Notes under the pieces: generated by a model
Database searches by the model: none
Told to the model about the DNA's origin: nothing
What the model saw: only the letters and a program-made list of their open reading frames with translations
From: a virus
Taxonomy: Duplodnaviria > Heunggongvirae > Uroviricota > Caudoviricetes
Direction: 5' to 3' (one strand)
Virus record (IMG/VR): IMGVR_UViG_2974603165_000001
Location: 2,589-66,588 of that record
DNA length: 64,000 nt
In this document: in pieces, positions 28,471-38,800 of the stretch
Layout of the letters: every line of letters begins with the position of its first letter
Numbering within the stretch: position 1 is the first letter of the stretch
Position numbers and translations under genes: made by a program

Positions 28471-29039
28471 ATATCGACTTGTCGTTGATCCAAAAAGCGA
28501 TCCGGCACTACGAGGAGGAGGGTGTTCTTCTCGCGAAGGTGCCGTACTTGGTTGACCCGGATATTATGGCGTTCACTTGCCCTCCAAATGTTATCGACAA
28601 ACGTCTTACCCATTCTAACGGTAAACAGTACGTTGCCTCGGCGGAGCAGTCTTTCCTCCAGTTGGAGAAGGACGGCAGGCTGGATGAACTTCCGCCCCTC
28701 ATGATGGCACTGACGCCCTGCTATCGGGATGAGTCCACCCTGGATGATGTTCACCTGAATATCTTCTTGAAGCTGGAGATCTTCCACTACAACCCGCAGG
28801 AGCTTCGCGGGATCAACTGGGCGTACTTCTGGGCGGAGTGTATGCAATCATTCTTTGCGGATGAAGGTGTGTGGACGCACATAGTCGGCACAGACGCAGG
28901 CTACGACGTTCTAACGAAGTCAGACTTGGAGTTGGGTTCCTTTGGCTACAGAACCTCTCCAAAGGGCGTACAGTACGTTTACGCCACAGGTCTGGCTGAA
29001 CCCCGTGCTTCTATCGCTATTGAGGAAGAGAATGGCTAA
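28467..29039 (+). CDS. class II aminoacyl-tRNA-synthetase-like catalytic core (no anticodon domain)
   Basis: motif 2-like PCYRDE....HLNIFLKLE, ELGSFG, motif 3-like TGLAEPR; only 190 aa. Confidence 0.7.
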   Translation: MNIDLSLIQKAIRHYEEEGVLLAKVPYLVDPDIMAFTCPPNVIDKRLTHSNGKQYVASAEQSFLQLEKDGRLDELPPLMMALTPCYRDESTLDDVHLNIFLKLEIFHYNPQELRGINWAYFWAECMQSFFADEGVWTHIVGTDAGYDVLTKSDLELGSFGYRTSPKGVQYVYATGLAEPRASIAIEEENG

Positions 29040-29370
29040 GGTTCTGAACTTCTACCACATCGGGAAGGTGATCCCTCCCGGTGCGGCGTATATGGGTAGA
29101 GCAATGCCTCACTTGGGACTCAAGCAGTCCAAATTTGCCAATCCTTTCAAACTCTCCGAGGACGAACCACGCGGTGCGACCATCGAAAGATACCGGGTGT
29201 GGTTGTGGGAACAAATACGCACAGGTAGAATTACTGTGCAAGATTTGCTTGACTTGGACGGTAAAGACCTTGTATGCTTCTGTAAACAGCCAAACAAAGA
29301 GGTGGCCTGCCATTGTGATGTTATCTTGGCAGCTATCGAGTGGGCCAAAAAACAGAGGAGAAAACCATGA
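29032..29370 (+). CDS. DUF4326 family protein
   Basis: YMGR..SKFANPF..R...IERY..WL..L.GKDLVCFC..ACH.DVI. Confidence 0.85.
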   Translation: MAKVLNFYHIGKVIPPGAAYMGRAMPHLGLKQSKFANPFKLSEDEPRGATIERYRVWLWEQIRTGRITVQDLLDLDGKDLVCFCKQPNKEVACHCDVILAAIEWAKKQRRKP

Positions 29371-29570
29371 AGATGTGGGTAAAAATTCTTATTGGGGTGG
29401 TTATTTTTATCTGCGTGGCACAATTCGTGCTTGACATGCAGGATACATACACTCATAATTGCAAGCCTAACGGTCAGCAACGCATGGTGAACACCATCGA
29501 CGGGCTGAAAGTAGAGGATCAGTTAGTCTGCGACGGTGGTCGCACTAAATGGACTCTTCAATACAACTAA
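29367..29570 (+). CDS. small membrane-anchored protein
   Basis: N-terminal TM, two Cys. Confidence 0.6.
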   Translation: MKMWVKILIGVVIFICVAQFVLDMQDTYTHNCKPNGQQRMVNTIDGLKVEDQLVCDGGRTKWTLQYN

Positions 29571-29592
29571 ATATTCTCAGAAGGAGAAAACT

Positions 29593-29784
29593 ATGGTTCA
29601 GGTCGTATCACCACAAAAACCAATGGAAGCCACTTGCTATAAGTGCAAAGCAGGTCTGTCGTTCGTGTACACCGAAATCCAGGAAAAGACTACGCACGAT
29701 TACGGCGGTGGTCGCGATCTGGTGAAGTATATCGTCTGCCCGTGCTGCGGCCACGAAGTACAGGTCAAGGGGTATCACTCATGA
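29593..29784 (+). CDS. zinc-ribbon protein
   Basis: CYKC...CPCCG. Confidence 0.7.
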   Translation: MVQVVSPQKPMEATCYKCKAGLSFVYTEIQEKTTHDYGGGRDLVKYIVCPCCGHEVQVKGYHS

Positions 29785-30878
29785 GCCAACCAGTAAACGG
29801 ACTCATCTTCGGTAAGTTCGCCCCGCTGACCCTGGGTCATATTGAGCTTATTGACCGGGCGATCAGTCATTGCGACCATCTGTACCTGTTCCTCTCCTTC
29901 GACCAGAAGTTTGTGGACACACAACCTGTATGGATCAGAGAGAAACTTTCTTTGGTTAACCGTCTGCGGGATCTGAAAGACCTGGTACGCGATGCCAATG
30001 AGAATGTTCGTGACAAGATCACGGTTCTCTATGTGGATGAGTCCAACATCCCAGGCTACCCGGAAGGTGCCAAGGCTTATGAAGGTCTAATCCGTGACGC
30101 ATTACCTGACGGTGTTGTGCTGCACAAGGCGTTCTCCTCTGAAAAGGAGTACGATGCCTACTTCTCTGCACACTTCCCAGAGTGTGAGCACGTAGTTATT
30201 GACCCGGATCGCGATGCAGTGCCGATCTCTGCGACGAAGATCCGCAACGATGTGTTCAACAACTTCAACATGCTATCGCCCCCGGCGAAGAAGCGCTTTG
30301 TGAAGAAGGTTGCTATCGTGGGTGTTGAGTCTACAGGAAAAACAACCTTAGCCATGAACCTGGCGAAGCATTACAATGCCCGTTACACATCTGAGATTGG
30401 TCGGACTATCTGCGAGGAGGATTACCATTCCTCTGAGTTCCTGATGAACCGTGCAGATTATCTTAACATCGCTCTTGACCATCGTCAGGTGGAAGAGTGG
30501 CATGTGCGCCAGTCCGAAGTGGGTGTAACCTTCTCGGATACCACCAACCTGATCACACATTTCTCTGCCGTTTGTGCGGGGAAGGCCGGGATTATTGACC
30601 AAACATTTGAAGCGTTGAGCAAAGAAGAGGGCGATAACTTCTACGACCTGGTGCTCTACCTGCAACCGGATGTGCCTTGGGTTGCTGATCCTTTACGTTT
30701 GCAGGACACCGCAGAAAAACGAAAAGGGACTAACTTTATCCTTGACAGGATGATCCGCCACTATTACAATCGTGTCCATGTAGTGAAGATTAGCGGTGGT
30801 GACTTTGAACAGAGAACTCTGGATGCAATCCGGGCTGTTGAAGCGCTTCTTAATGGTACTTTGCCGGAGATTGAATAA
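29781..30878 (+). CDS. nadR: NadR-like NMN adenylyltransferase / ribosylnicotinamide kinase
   Basis: GKFAPLTLGH (HIGH-like), ISAT.IR, P-loop GVESTGKTT, DT, PDVPWV.D.LR; no N-terminal HTH. Confidence 0.9.
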   Translation: MSQPVNGLIFGKFAPLTLGHIELIDRAISHCDHLYLFLSFDQKFVDTQPVWIREKLSLVNRLRDLKDLVRDANENVRDKITVLYVDESNIPGYPEGAKAYEGLIRDALPDGVVLHKAFSSEKEYDAYFSAHFPECEHVVIDPDRDAVPISATKIRNDVFNNFNMLSPPAKKRFVKKVAIVGVESTGKTTLAMNLAKHYNARYTSEIGRTICEEDYHSSEFLMNRADYLNIALDHRQVEEWHVRQSEVGVTFSDTTNLITHFSAVCAGKAGIIDQTFEALSKEEGDNFYDLVLYLQPDVPWVADPLRLQDTAEKRKGTNFILDRMIRHYYNRVHVVKISGGDFEQRTLDAIRAVEALLNGTLPEIE

Positions 30879-31282
30879 TGGGTATCAAGTATAACGTGCA
30901 GGGGTATTACCCCAACGCAAGAGAGCCGGGGTGGTGTGATTGGGTGGTGAACCTGGATCGTGAGAAGGCAGAACGCCTTTACCACCAAGGCAAGATTGTG
31001 TCGAAGGCCAAGCAAAGCCTCTTCACAGATGTTCGCCTGGTGGAGGTTAGCTCTCAGATCGTTGAGCCGATGCCATTCATCTGGCGAGATGCTCACGGAT
31101 TCCAGAGCCGCGTCAGTCATATGTCGAATGAGCATATCAACAACGCGATCACTTGGCTTCTGTATGACCAATCCGGGCCGGAGGAATGTTTCTCTGATCT
31201 GGATGAGCAATACGAAGGCCACACAATTGGTGATTGGATCAATCACCTCACTAACGAACTGTATCGTCGCATAGGAGCCTAA
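30878..31282 (+). CDS. hypothetical protein
   Basis: coupled ORF. Confidence 0.65.
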   Translation: MGIKYNVQGYYPNAREPGWCDWVVNLDREKAERLYHQGKIVSKAKQSLFTDVRLVEVSSQIVEPMPFIWRDAHGFQSRVSHMSNEHINNAITWLLYDQSGPEECFSDLDEQYEGHTIGDWINHLTNELYRRIGA

Positions 31283-31283
31283 C

Positions 31284-32000
31284 ATGAACAACACAAAGCT
31301 GTACATTAAGACAGCAGTAACCGACTTCTACGGTTGGAGCAAGATGGAATACTTATGGCTTTTCATCTGTTCTGCTGCAATCGCCCTGACATCTGTGATT
31401 ATGGGCGGCGGGGTGATTGAGTTCATCTCCTCGGTTACTGGGATCATCGGGGCTATTCTCGTAGCAAAGGGTAAACTCTCCAGCTACTACTGGGGCTTCG
31501 TGGCTACGGTTCTGTACGCTTACATCTCTTTCACGTATCAATTGTACGGAGAGACGATCATGTACACCATCCTGTTCACCCCAATGCAGGTGATCGGCGG
31601 TATAATCTGGGCGCGTAAGCTGACAGTATCGGATGATGGTGAACGTGCAGACGTTATCAAGAAGTATCTGACCAATAAGCAGCGTTGGTTGCTCGGTATC
31701 GGCACTCTGATTGTGATTGCTTTATACGCTGAGTTCGTTAGCCTGCTGAAAGGTGCTGCACCGGGGCTGGATTCTGCGACTGCAATCCTGTCAATCTTAG
31801 CCACCTGGCTGATGATGGTTCGTTACGCAGAACAATGGTACGTGTGGATCGTGGTTAACATCGTGGCGGTTGTGCTCTGGGTACAAACGGCACTCCATCA
31901 CGAGACACAAGGTTGGGCTGTGCTTGCTATGTGGGTTGCATTCCTGCTAAACTCTATCTTCGGAGCCTATCAGTGGCGTCAACTGGAGAAGAAAGCATGA
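31284..32000 (+). CDS. pnuC: PnuC nicotinamide riboside transporter
   Basis: multi-TM; LVAKGK...Y.WG, LDS....SI.A..LM..RY.EQW..WI..N motifs; near nadR. Confidence 0.92.
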   Translation: MNNTKLYIKTAVTDFYGWSKMEYLWLFICSAAIALTSVIMGGGVIEFISSVTGIIGAILVAKGKLSSYYWGFVATVLYAYISFTYQLYGETIMYTILFTPMQVIGGIIWARKLTVSDDGERADVIKKYLTNKQRWLLGIGTLIVIALYAEFVSLLKGAAPGLDSATAILSILATWLMMVRYAEQWYVWIVVNIVAVVLWVQTALHHETQGWAVLAMWVAFLLNSIFGAYQWRQLEKKA

Positions 32001-32212
32001 AAAAGATGGTCACTTACTTATTTATGGCATTGGGGATCTTGGTCTCCTGCCTTTTCCTGGCGGCTCTGATTGCAACAGGTGTTGCTTTCAGCGGTGGATA
32101 CACCTTCGGAACACCAGAGTTCGGTCATTACATGGAGAACGCTGTGTTAGGTGGCCTGTTCTTGGGTTTTGTTGCTTGCGCCATCACAGGCGTAGTCACG
32201 ATGGAGAGCTGA
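31997..32212 (+). CDS. small membrane protein
   Basis: two TM helices. Confidence 0.6.
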   Translation: MKKMVTYLFMALGILVSCLFLAALIATGVAFSGGYTFGTPEFGHYMENAVLGGLFLGFVACAITGVVTMES

Positions 32213-32213
32213 T

Positions 32214-32399
32214 ATGAAAATGGTTCTGGGTTTTATCGTAGCATTCTTCTTCATTATGCTGTGTTTCGTTGGCCTGGCCTTCTGTGGCGGGATGCAGTTT
32301 GGTACTCCACCTTTCGGATGGTTGATGGGGTTTGGGGTGATGATTGGCGTTTTCTGTGGTGTCGGCGTAGCTGCGGCGATTGACCACGCAGACTTGTAG
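32214..32399 (+). CDS. small membrane protein (probable paralog of preceding gene)
   Basis: TM-GG(Y/M)(T/Q)FGTP.FG-TM motif shared with 31997..32212. Confidence 0.6.
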   Translation: MKMVLGFIVAFFFIMLCFVGLAFCGGMQFGTPPFGWLMGFGVMIGVFCGVGVAAAIDHADL

Positions 32400-32410
32400 A
32401 GGAGAAGATA

Positions 32411-32827
32411 ATGTTAGGATTCTGGGATTGGATTGTGACCCATAATAACTGGGTCGTTGCATTGGTTACTTTCGCTGTGTGCGCCTTTTGGGGATTCGCT
32501 ATGGGGCTTGGTGAAAACAAGAAGACCAAGCGGACGATTATGTTTCTCACGGTGCTTATCTTTGGTACTGGTTTGAACTATCTCGCATTGTACAAAGATG
32601 GTTACAGAAACTACAAAAACAACTACATCACTTGTTCTAAGCCGGAAGCGGTGGCTGCGTTCTACATCTTCGATGCGAACAAAGAGCGTTGCCTGAAACC
32701 TTTTGTCGGCTTCGTTCCGGTGAATTCACAAGATTTGGTTCCCGTCAACGAACCAGAGAAACAACCGACGGCTGAAAAGCCGTTGTATCAACTGACAAAA
32801 CAACTCGATGGAGAACCTTATGTTTAA
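32411..32827 (+). CDS. membrane protein
   Basis: two TM helices plus soluble tail. Confidence 0.65.
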   Translation: MLGFWDWIVTHNNWVVALVTFAVCAFWGFAMGLGENKKTKRTIMFLTVLIFGTGLNYLALYKDGYRNYKNNYITCSKPEAVAAFYIFDANKERCLKPFVGFVPVNSQDLVPVNEPEKQPTAEKPLYQLTKQLDGEPYV

Positions 32828-33380
32828 ATGGCTTGCCAAGATCCTTGGCCTCCAAAAGAAAGACCCGTATCAACTGACACCGGATCAGGCTGCTCAGATT
32901 GTGATGGAAGCATCGCGACGTGTGGCTGAGAAGCAGGCCCGTGACGAAGCACGTATTCGAGAGATGATGCGTCCGAACCAAGGTTTTACCAAACCAACAC
33001 AACCTGCTGACCCGGCTCCACGGGTAGCGACGAAGTGTGGCTCTGCGACAGGTAAACCTCTGGACACAGCCGCTTTGAAAGAGCACTTGGAGGTGCGTCG
33101 ATCTCAGCAACAGCGTGTTGAGCCTCCTCAGTACACTCGTCGTGGGGTGCGGATTCCAACACCGGAAGAGTCAAGACGCGCTCGTCCTGCTACTCCTCCC
33201 CCGGCACCTCCGAGTCCGCCTGCCAGCGATTCAGGTAGCAACCTGATGATGGCTGCGGTTGTGTTGAGCACAATGGATAGCACTCCAAGCTATTCACCAC
33301 CCAGTCACGATACCACGCCAAGTGGTGGATATGACTCCGGCTCATGTGATGGTGGTGGCGGTGGAGGGTCTTGCGATTGA
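32820..33380 (+). CDS. hypothetical protein with low-complexity Pro/Gly-Ser C-terminus
   Basis: MFKWL start; ends GGYDSGSCDGGGGGGSCD. Confidence 0.65.
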   Translation: MFKWLAKILGLQKKDPYQLTPDQAAQIVMEASRRVAEKQARDEARIREMMRPNQGFTKPTQPADPAPRVATKCGSATGKPLDTAALKEHLEVRRSQQQRVEPPQYTRRGVRIPTPEESRRARPATPPPAPPSPPASDSGSNLMMAAVVLSTMDSTPSYSPPSHDTTPSGGYDSGSCDGGGGGGSCD

Positions 33381-33571
33381 GAAAGATGCGAGACTTCAAG
33401 TGCGAGGTCTGTGGACTGATTCATGAATCTCTGGTTTATGATGAGGTGAAAGAACTGGACTGTCCTGAATGCGGTATCAAAGATGCCTCCAAGCGACAGT
33501 TATCTGCGCCGTCAGGTAGTGGCAATGCTGCCCACGGCTATATGCACAAACAAACAGGAGTGAAAAAATGA
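33377..33571 (+). CDS. FmdB-family zinc-ribbon protein
   Basis: DFKCEVCG...CPECG. Confidence 0.7.
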   Translation: MRKMRDFKCEVCGLIHESLVYDEVKELDCPECGIKDASKRQLSAPSGSGNAAHGYMHKQTGVKK

Positions 33572-33768
33572 AATTTTTCGGATGGTTAGCTCTGGCCTTT
33601 ATCGTCCTGAAACTGTGTGGCGTGATCACATGGTCTTGGTGGCTGGTGCTGTTGCCACTCTATTGGGTCGTAGCGCTGATCCTTATCGCCGTGGCGGGTG
33701 TATTTGGATTTGCCTTCATCGCTGATGGTGTGGACAAGGTGAAAAGTTATTTCGGAAAGTCGAAATAA
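33568..33768 (+). CDS. membrane protein
   Basis: IVLKLCGVITWSWWLVLLP pattern. Confidence 0.75.
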   Translation: MKFFGWLALAFIVLKLCGVITWSWWLVLLPLYWVVALILIAVAGVFGFAFIADGVDKVKSYFGKSK

Positions 33769-33772
33769 CCTA

Positions 33773-33801
33773 TTGACATAGAAAAGCGAAGAGTGTATGA
33801 T
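33773..33801 (+). promoter_or_regulatory. sigma70-like promoter
   Basis: TTGACA-17-TATGAT. Confidence 0.8.
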
Positions 33802-33831
33802 GGTCTCTTCGCTTGATTCAAAGGAGAGAGA

Positions 33832-34185
33832 ATGTCAGCAGCAAATCAAGAACAAACCACTTCGGCTTACCTGGGCATGAACCCTGGTCAATTCGGAATG
33901 GTAATGTGCCTTACCAGCTTATCACGTCAAATGCAGACGTTGGTAGAAGGTGAGGATATGCAAAACCTGATGGCTAAACTCATCAGTGAGCATGGGGAAA
34001 AGACCACAGCGGAAACGCTTGAATGGGTTCGTTCCCAACGCAATCACATCCTGAATGTCCTGCACGGTGTTCTGGTGGCACAGAACCTTCTGGCACAGGT
34101 TGATGATGCACTGGTAGCAACTCTGGTTGCACCAACTTCCACGGCGGATGCCGATAACAATCAAAATGAAAACTCGGGAGAGTAA
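33832..34185 (+). CDS. hypothetical protein
   Basis: ORF after AAGGAG. Confidence 0.7.
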   Translation: MSAANQEQTTSAYLGMNPGQFGMVMCLTSLSRQMQTLVEGEDMQNLMAKLISEHGEKTTAETLEWVRSQRNHILNVLHGVLVAQNLLAQVDDALVATLVAPTSTADADNNQNENSGE

Positions 34186-35361
34186 ATGAGCGTAATTAAC
34201 GAATACAAAGACCCTATGTCCGGCAAAGTGAACAACTTCGCTAAAGGCAGCATCAAGTTCATCAGCATCAAGCCTGTGCGAAATGCTGATCCAGATGGGG
34301 TCAAGCGTACTCACATCCCTGCCAAAAACGGTCAACCTGCGAAGGTTATCGAGGCAACCCACAACATCAGCTTCCTGATGCAGGCTGTAGACGCGGATAA
34401 CAACGTGATCGACCCAGCAGGCCAAGGTGAGTGGATCGGAATGGGTGAAAAGAAACTTCATGCCAGCCACACCGACAAGGTGCAGGTGAAGTTCGATGCG
34501 GGATACAAAGACATCCTTCCAGGGATGATTGTCTCCTTCCCACTGAAAGTGAGCAAGACCGGGGATAAAACCTACGTGAACGGCACATTAAGTGGTAAAG
34601 TGTTCAATATTCTGGATGAGAGCAAAGCAGGTGCTCCCGCTCCTCGTGCTCCAGCTAACGGTTCTTCCTCTTCTGCTCCGGCAGCAGGTGGTTCTGTTAA
34701 GATCTACGGTGAGATCACTGCATTGAATGGCAACACAGCGACCGTCCAAGACGAAAAGCTGGGTGCTGGTGATGTGGTTCTGAGTGATGAGCAGTTAGCT
34801 CAAGTAGCGGTAGGTGGTCGTCTGACTGCTTTCATCGTGAAAGAGACTGGTGCAATCACTGGTGGTTTCAAAGCCTACGGCCCTGCTGGTCAGAACTCCA
34901 ATTCTGGTGGCAAAGGTAAAAAGGCTCCGTATGATCCGGTAGGTGTGTCAACTGGTCATGCGCTTAATGTGCTGGCTAACCTGCGTCTGGCAGGCTACAA
35001 GGGTGACCTTGTTGAAGCAGGTAAGATTTCGCATGATGTGACTGCCAAGCTGATCAAGGAATTCTCCGATGCCTCCGGCAAGGACGAAGGAATGTCAGTT
35101 GGTAATGCTGTGAAGTTCGCTGCAACAGGTATTGCTGTAAAAGGCAAGACTATCGTAGCAGACGACTTGGAAGCGGCAACACGCGAAGCATACGCACTTG
35201 CAGGGACTATTCGTGAGTACATTGGCTCAACCACACAGGCTGAACCTCAGAGTGCTCCACAGAGCGTCCCAGAGCCTCTGGCACAGGCTCCACAAAACGT
35301 CCAGACTCCTCCGGTAGATTTCGATCCTCCGGTTGACTTTGACGATGATATCCCCTTTTAG
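34186..35361 (+). CDS. probable single-stranded DNA-binding protein
   Basis: beta-rich N-terminal domains; C-terminus DFDDDIPF as in enterobacterial SSB tail. Confidence 0.65.
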   Translation: MSVINEYKDPMSGKVNNFAKGSIKFISIKPVRNADPDGVKRTHIPAKNGQPAKVIEATHNISFLMQAVDADNNVIDPAGQGEWIGMGEKKLHASHTDKVQVKFDAGYKDILPGMIVSFPLKVSKTGDKTYVNGTLSGKVFNILDESKAGAPAPRAPANGSSSSAPAAGGSVKIYGEITALNGNTATVQDEKLGAGDVVLSDEQLAQVAVGGRLTAFIVKETGAITGGFKAYGPAGQNSNSGGKGKKAPYDPVGVSTGHALNVLANLRLAGYKGDLVEAGKISHDVTAKLIKEFSDASGKDEGMSVGNAVKFAATGIAVKGKTIVADDLEAATREAYALAGTIREYIGSTTQAEPQSAPQSVPEPLAQAPQNVQTPPVDFDPPVDFDDDIPF

Positions 35362-35366
35362 TATAT

Positions 35367-35390
35367 AAGCGCCCCAAAGGGCGCTTTTTT
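35367..35390 (+). terminator. intrinsic terminator
   Basis: AAGCGCCC-CAAA-GGGCGCTT + T run. Confidence 0.8.
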
Positions 35391-35409
35391 AGTTATATGA
35401 GGAGAGAGA

Positions 35410-35823
35410 ATGAAGTGCAATAAGTGTGGAGAGGATAAACCGGAGACGGACTACTACCCAAGAAACAAAGTATGCAAAGAGTGTTACAAGAAACGTGTGC
35501 TGGCTTACCAAAAGAACGAAGGTCTTGAGGGGAAGAGGGTTAGATGCCGGAGGTATGCAAACTCTGAGAAGGGATTAGTGCTGTCAAGGGTGAGGGTGAA
35601 GCGATACTCTGAGAAGCACCCCAAGAAGAGAAGAGCAAAAGACGCTTTGAATTATGCAGTGAGGTCAGGTAAGATCAAAAAAATGCCTTGTGAGATTTGT
35701 GGAGAGAAAAAAGCACACGGACACCATGACGACTATGACAAGCCGTTGGAAGTGAGGTGGTTGTGTCCCATTCACCACAAGCAATGGCACTCCGCCCACG
35801 GCGAAGCACTAAATGCTACATAA
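35410..35823 (+). CDS. HNH-type endonuclease with Zn-binding motifs
   Basis: CNKC..CKEC; CEICG...HGHHDDYDKPLEVRWLC..HH..WH. Confidence 0.75.
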   Translation: MKCNKCGEDKPETDYYPRNKVCKECYKKRVLAYQKNEGLEGKRVRCRRYANSEKGLVLSRVRVKRYSEKHPKKRRAKDALNYAVRSGKIKKMPCEICGEKKAHGHHDDYDKPLEVRWLCPIHHKQWHSAHGEALNAT

Positions 35824-35825
35824 AG

Positions 35826-35853
35826 AAAAGGCTCCCTTTTGGGAGCCTTTTTT
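35826..35853. terminator. bidirectional terminator at convergence of early and late blocks
   Basis: AAAAGGCTCCC-TTTT-GGGAGCCTTTTTT. Confidence 0.85.
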
Positions 35854-35854
35854 A

Positions 35855-38800
35855 TTATGTGGATGGTACAGTTACAATCGGAGTCATCGTGATGACAGAC
35901 CCTTTGATTGCGTTACACCAATCACCTGTGTTGATTTTTCCTTGGAACTGCGGCCCGTTAGTACCGTAGTAAGAAGAGTGCATGATCCCATCAACAATGA
36001 TTGTGCTGTCCTGGTCGAACAGTTCAACCGTCATTGCTCCAGAAGCCTGGGTAGAACGGGCAGACCCGATAGTACCGTCAGCTTTGGTGAAGTGCGCTCT
36101 CATGCGGAAGATGTCCGGCCCGATGTCAGTCAACGTCAGATCAACTTTAGCACCTGCTGGCCCTTGCAACAGGAGAACAGCAGAGAACTTATAAAGCATC
36201 GTGCTGTCAATTGTTGTCGTACCCGCAGTCATTGCGATTGTTGTCGCAGATGAAGCATTAAGACTGATCGTGTTAGTTAGCTGACCCGCTGTGAACACAG
36301 CCGCGCCGCCACCTCCACCAGAACCACCTGCTGGAACCGCCCAAGTTGCATCCTCACGGAGGAATTTGGTAGTACCTGCCGTTGCACCTGGATCAGGAGC
36401 CAGACCTGCTGCGTGTCCCGTACCGGACGCCTTCATAACAGCCGCTGTACCACTACCACCAACTGCTACCCAAGAAGTCCATGTTCCGTTGTTGTTGAAA
36501 CGGACATAGGTTGCCCCTGTGTCGTTGACGATACCCAACTGAGTGGCATATCCTGTCCCTGCTGGGATCATGATTCCTCGACCGTAAGAACTCGCCACTG
36601 GTGTGTTAGTGGAAGAGGCTCCCCAGTTAAAGAACTGACCTTTCGTCAGGGTGTTCAGGTTTGCAACTTCGTTGGTGTAAGTAGATCCGAAACCTAAAGG
36701 CTCGAACTGCTCACGAGTACGTGCTGGAGACATTGCCACCGTAGTGGATGTGCCTGCCTGTGCTTCCGCAGTGGTTGCAAACGTTACAGAACCTCCGCTT
36801 CCACCGGACGCCTGCGCCCATGCACCCCATGTACCATTTGTCTGGTAACGAATGAACATCAGATTGGAGTCATTCTCAATGGCAAGCTGTGTGACATATC
36901 CTGTCCCAGAAGGGATTGCGATACCACGACCATAGCCACCAGTTCCGGGGATGTTCAGGGTTGTGCTGGCATAGTTGAACAGATCGCCCGTCACAACGCT
37001 GTTCAGGTCAGTTGCCTGGGTTGTGAAGGAAGCTGTAAAACCATGTTTCTCCATGAACTCACGGGTTCTTGCCGGAGACATAACAACAGTGGTTGATGTT
37101 GCGGCTTGGGCCTCTGCTGTTGTTGCGAAAGTGACTGATCCTCCTCCTGTAACAGAGATAGTACCATCAGCCGCGATGCTAACACCAGAACCGATCTTCA
37201 CACCACCCAATACGGTTGCAGAAGCAATCGGTAAGGTGTATGAGGAACCTGACCCTGCTGGCCCACGGATGTTACCTACGGATGTCCAAGAGCCGGACGC
37301 CTTCTGATAAACGTTTCCGTTTGTAGAGGCAGTTGTGTCCGTTGTAAGAACCAAGTAGAGGTCGCCATTCTTCCCTACAGTTGAGGTTGGTGCGGCTGTA
37401 CCTGTGATCCAGACAGAACCTTGAAGGTTGGTGATAACACTCCAAGCGTTGGAAACCTTTTTGTAGACATCCAGAGCGGTTGTGTCAAGGTAGAAGTCAC
37501 CATTAGCTCCTGTCGCAGAAGCAGGTGCTCCTGACCCATTATACCAAGTTGAACCATTGACACCTGGTGTTCCTGCATCCCCTTTGAAAGGAATACCGTC
37601 TGACCAGTCCGCAGAGGTCGCTGAGTTTTTGATGTAAAGCAACCCGGTTGTTGTATCCAGGAATGCAAAACCTTTGGCCTCAGTGTCGTAGTTGTCACGT
37701 TCTGCTGTTGTACCCGTAGCATTCACAGTGAATGAACTACCCTGGAGAGAGGCAAGCCACTCTTGCTGCGTCATCGGTGTTTCACCTTCCGGCACAGTCC
37801 CCAGATAGATCTCATATGCAGAAGCGCCGGGAGCACCATCGTTACCGTCAGTACCTGGCTCACCTTGGAACTGCTGCCAAGCTGCCCATGTCCCGTCTGC
37901 ACTGTAACGGATGTACATGTTCCCTGCAACGTTCTCGATCACAAGTTGAGTAGCGTTACCTGGAGAAGTAGGCAGTACGATACCTCGCCCTCCGGCACCA
38001 GAAGTAGGAGCATTCTCAGCACCTGAACTATAGCTGAAACCACTACCAACAGTCACATCGTCGAGATCCGCCACGTTGGTCAGGGAGTCTGTCCCAATAC
38101 CGTACTGAGCCACAAAAGCAGCCATACCAGCAGGAGAGACAGCGATGTTGGTTGCCGTACCTTCAACCGCTTCTGCGTTAGAGGAGATAGCGTTCTTCCA
38201 AGCCGACCATGTTGTACCGGAAAGTACACGAGTCCAAGGAGAGGTCTCCCCATCAGGCCATGTGACTTGGGTAACATCTGTCGCTGTTTTTGCGATAGAG
38301 ACACCTTTACCAGAAGACCCGAGGATCGGTGTGTTTAAGGATGTCGCATCCCACACAAAGTTGTCGTTACCAACAACGGAGTCGAGATCCGCAGATACAG
38401 CAACAGTCCCAGCGGAACCGATATTGGTCAGGTCTACAACCGTCCCATCTCCCAGCAGGATTGTTTTGTCCGCAATCTGGAATGTACCGTGCAGTGTGGT
38501 GTCACCACCAACTTCCAATTTCTCGGTTGTTGTGATACTCTTTGGAGCGATGTCTTCACCATCAACAGAGGTCTGGATACCAGTAACTTCACCAAGGATT
38601 TCGAGATCCTGTACGGTCAGTTTTCCAGTAACGGCTGCATCTGTTGCAGATAAGTTGAAAATTGAAGCGTCACCTGTTACAGTGATGGTTGCAGCGTCAA
38701 TTTTTTCTGCGTTGATGTCTTGGAAGACTTTGAGGATCAGTGCGTTTACGAAAGCTGTAGTTGCAATCGAGGTGCTGTTGTCGTCATCGTCCATTGTTGG

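Noticed and set aside
37250-37860. Collagen-like repeats as a separate collagen fibre
   Set aside because: Only short G-X-Y runs inside the long tail fibre
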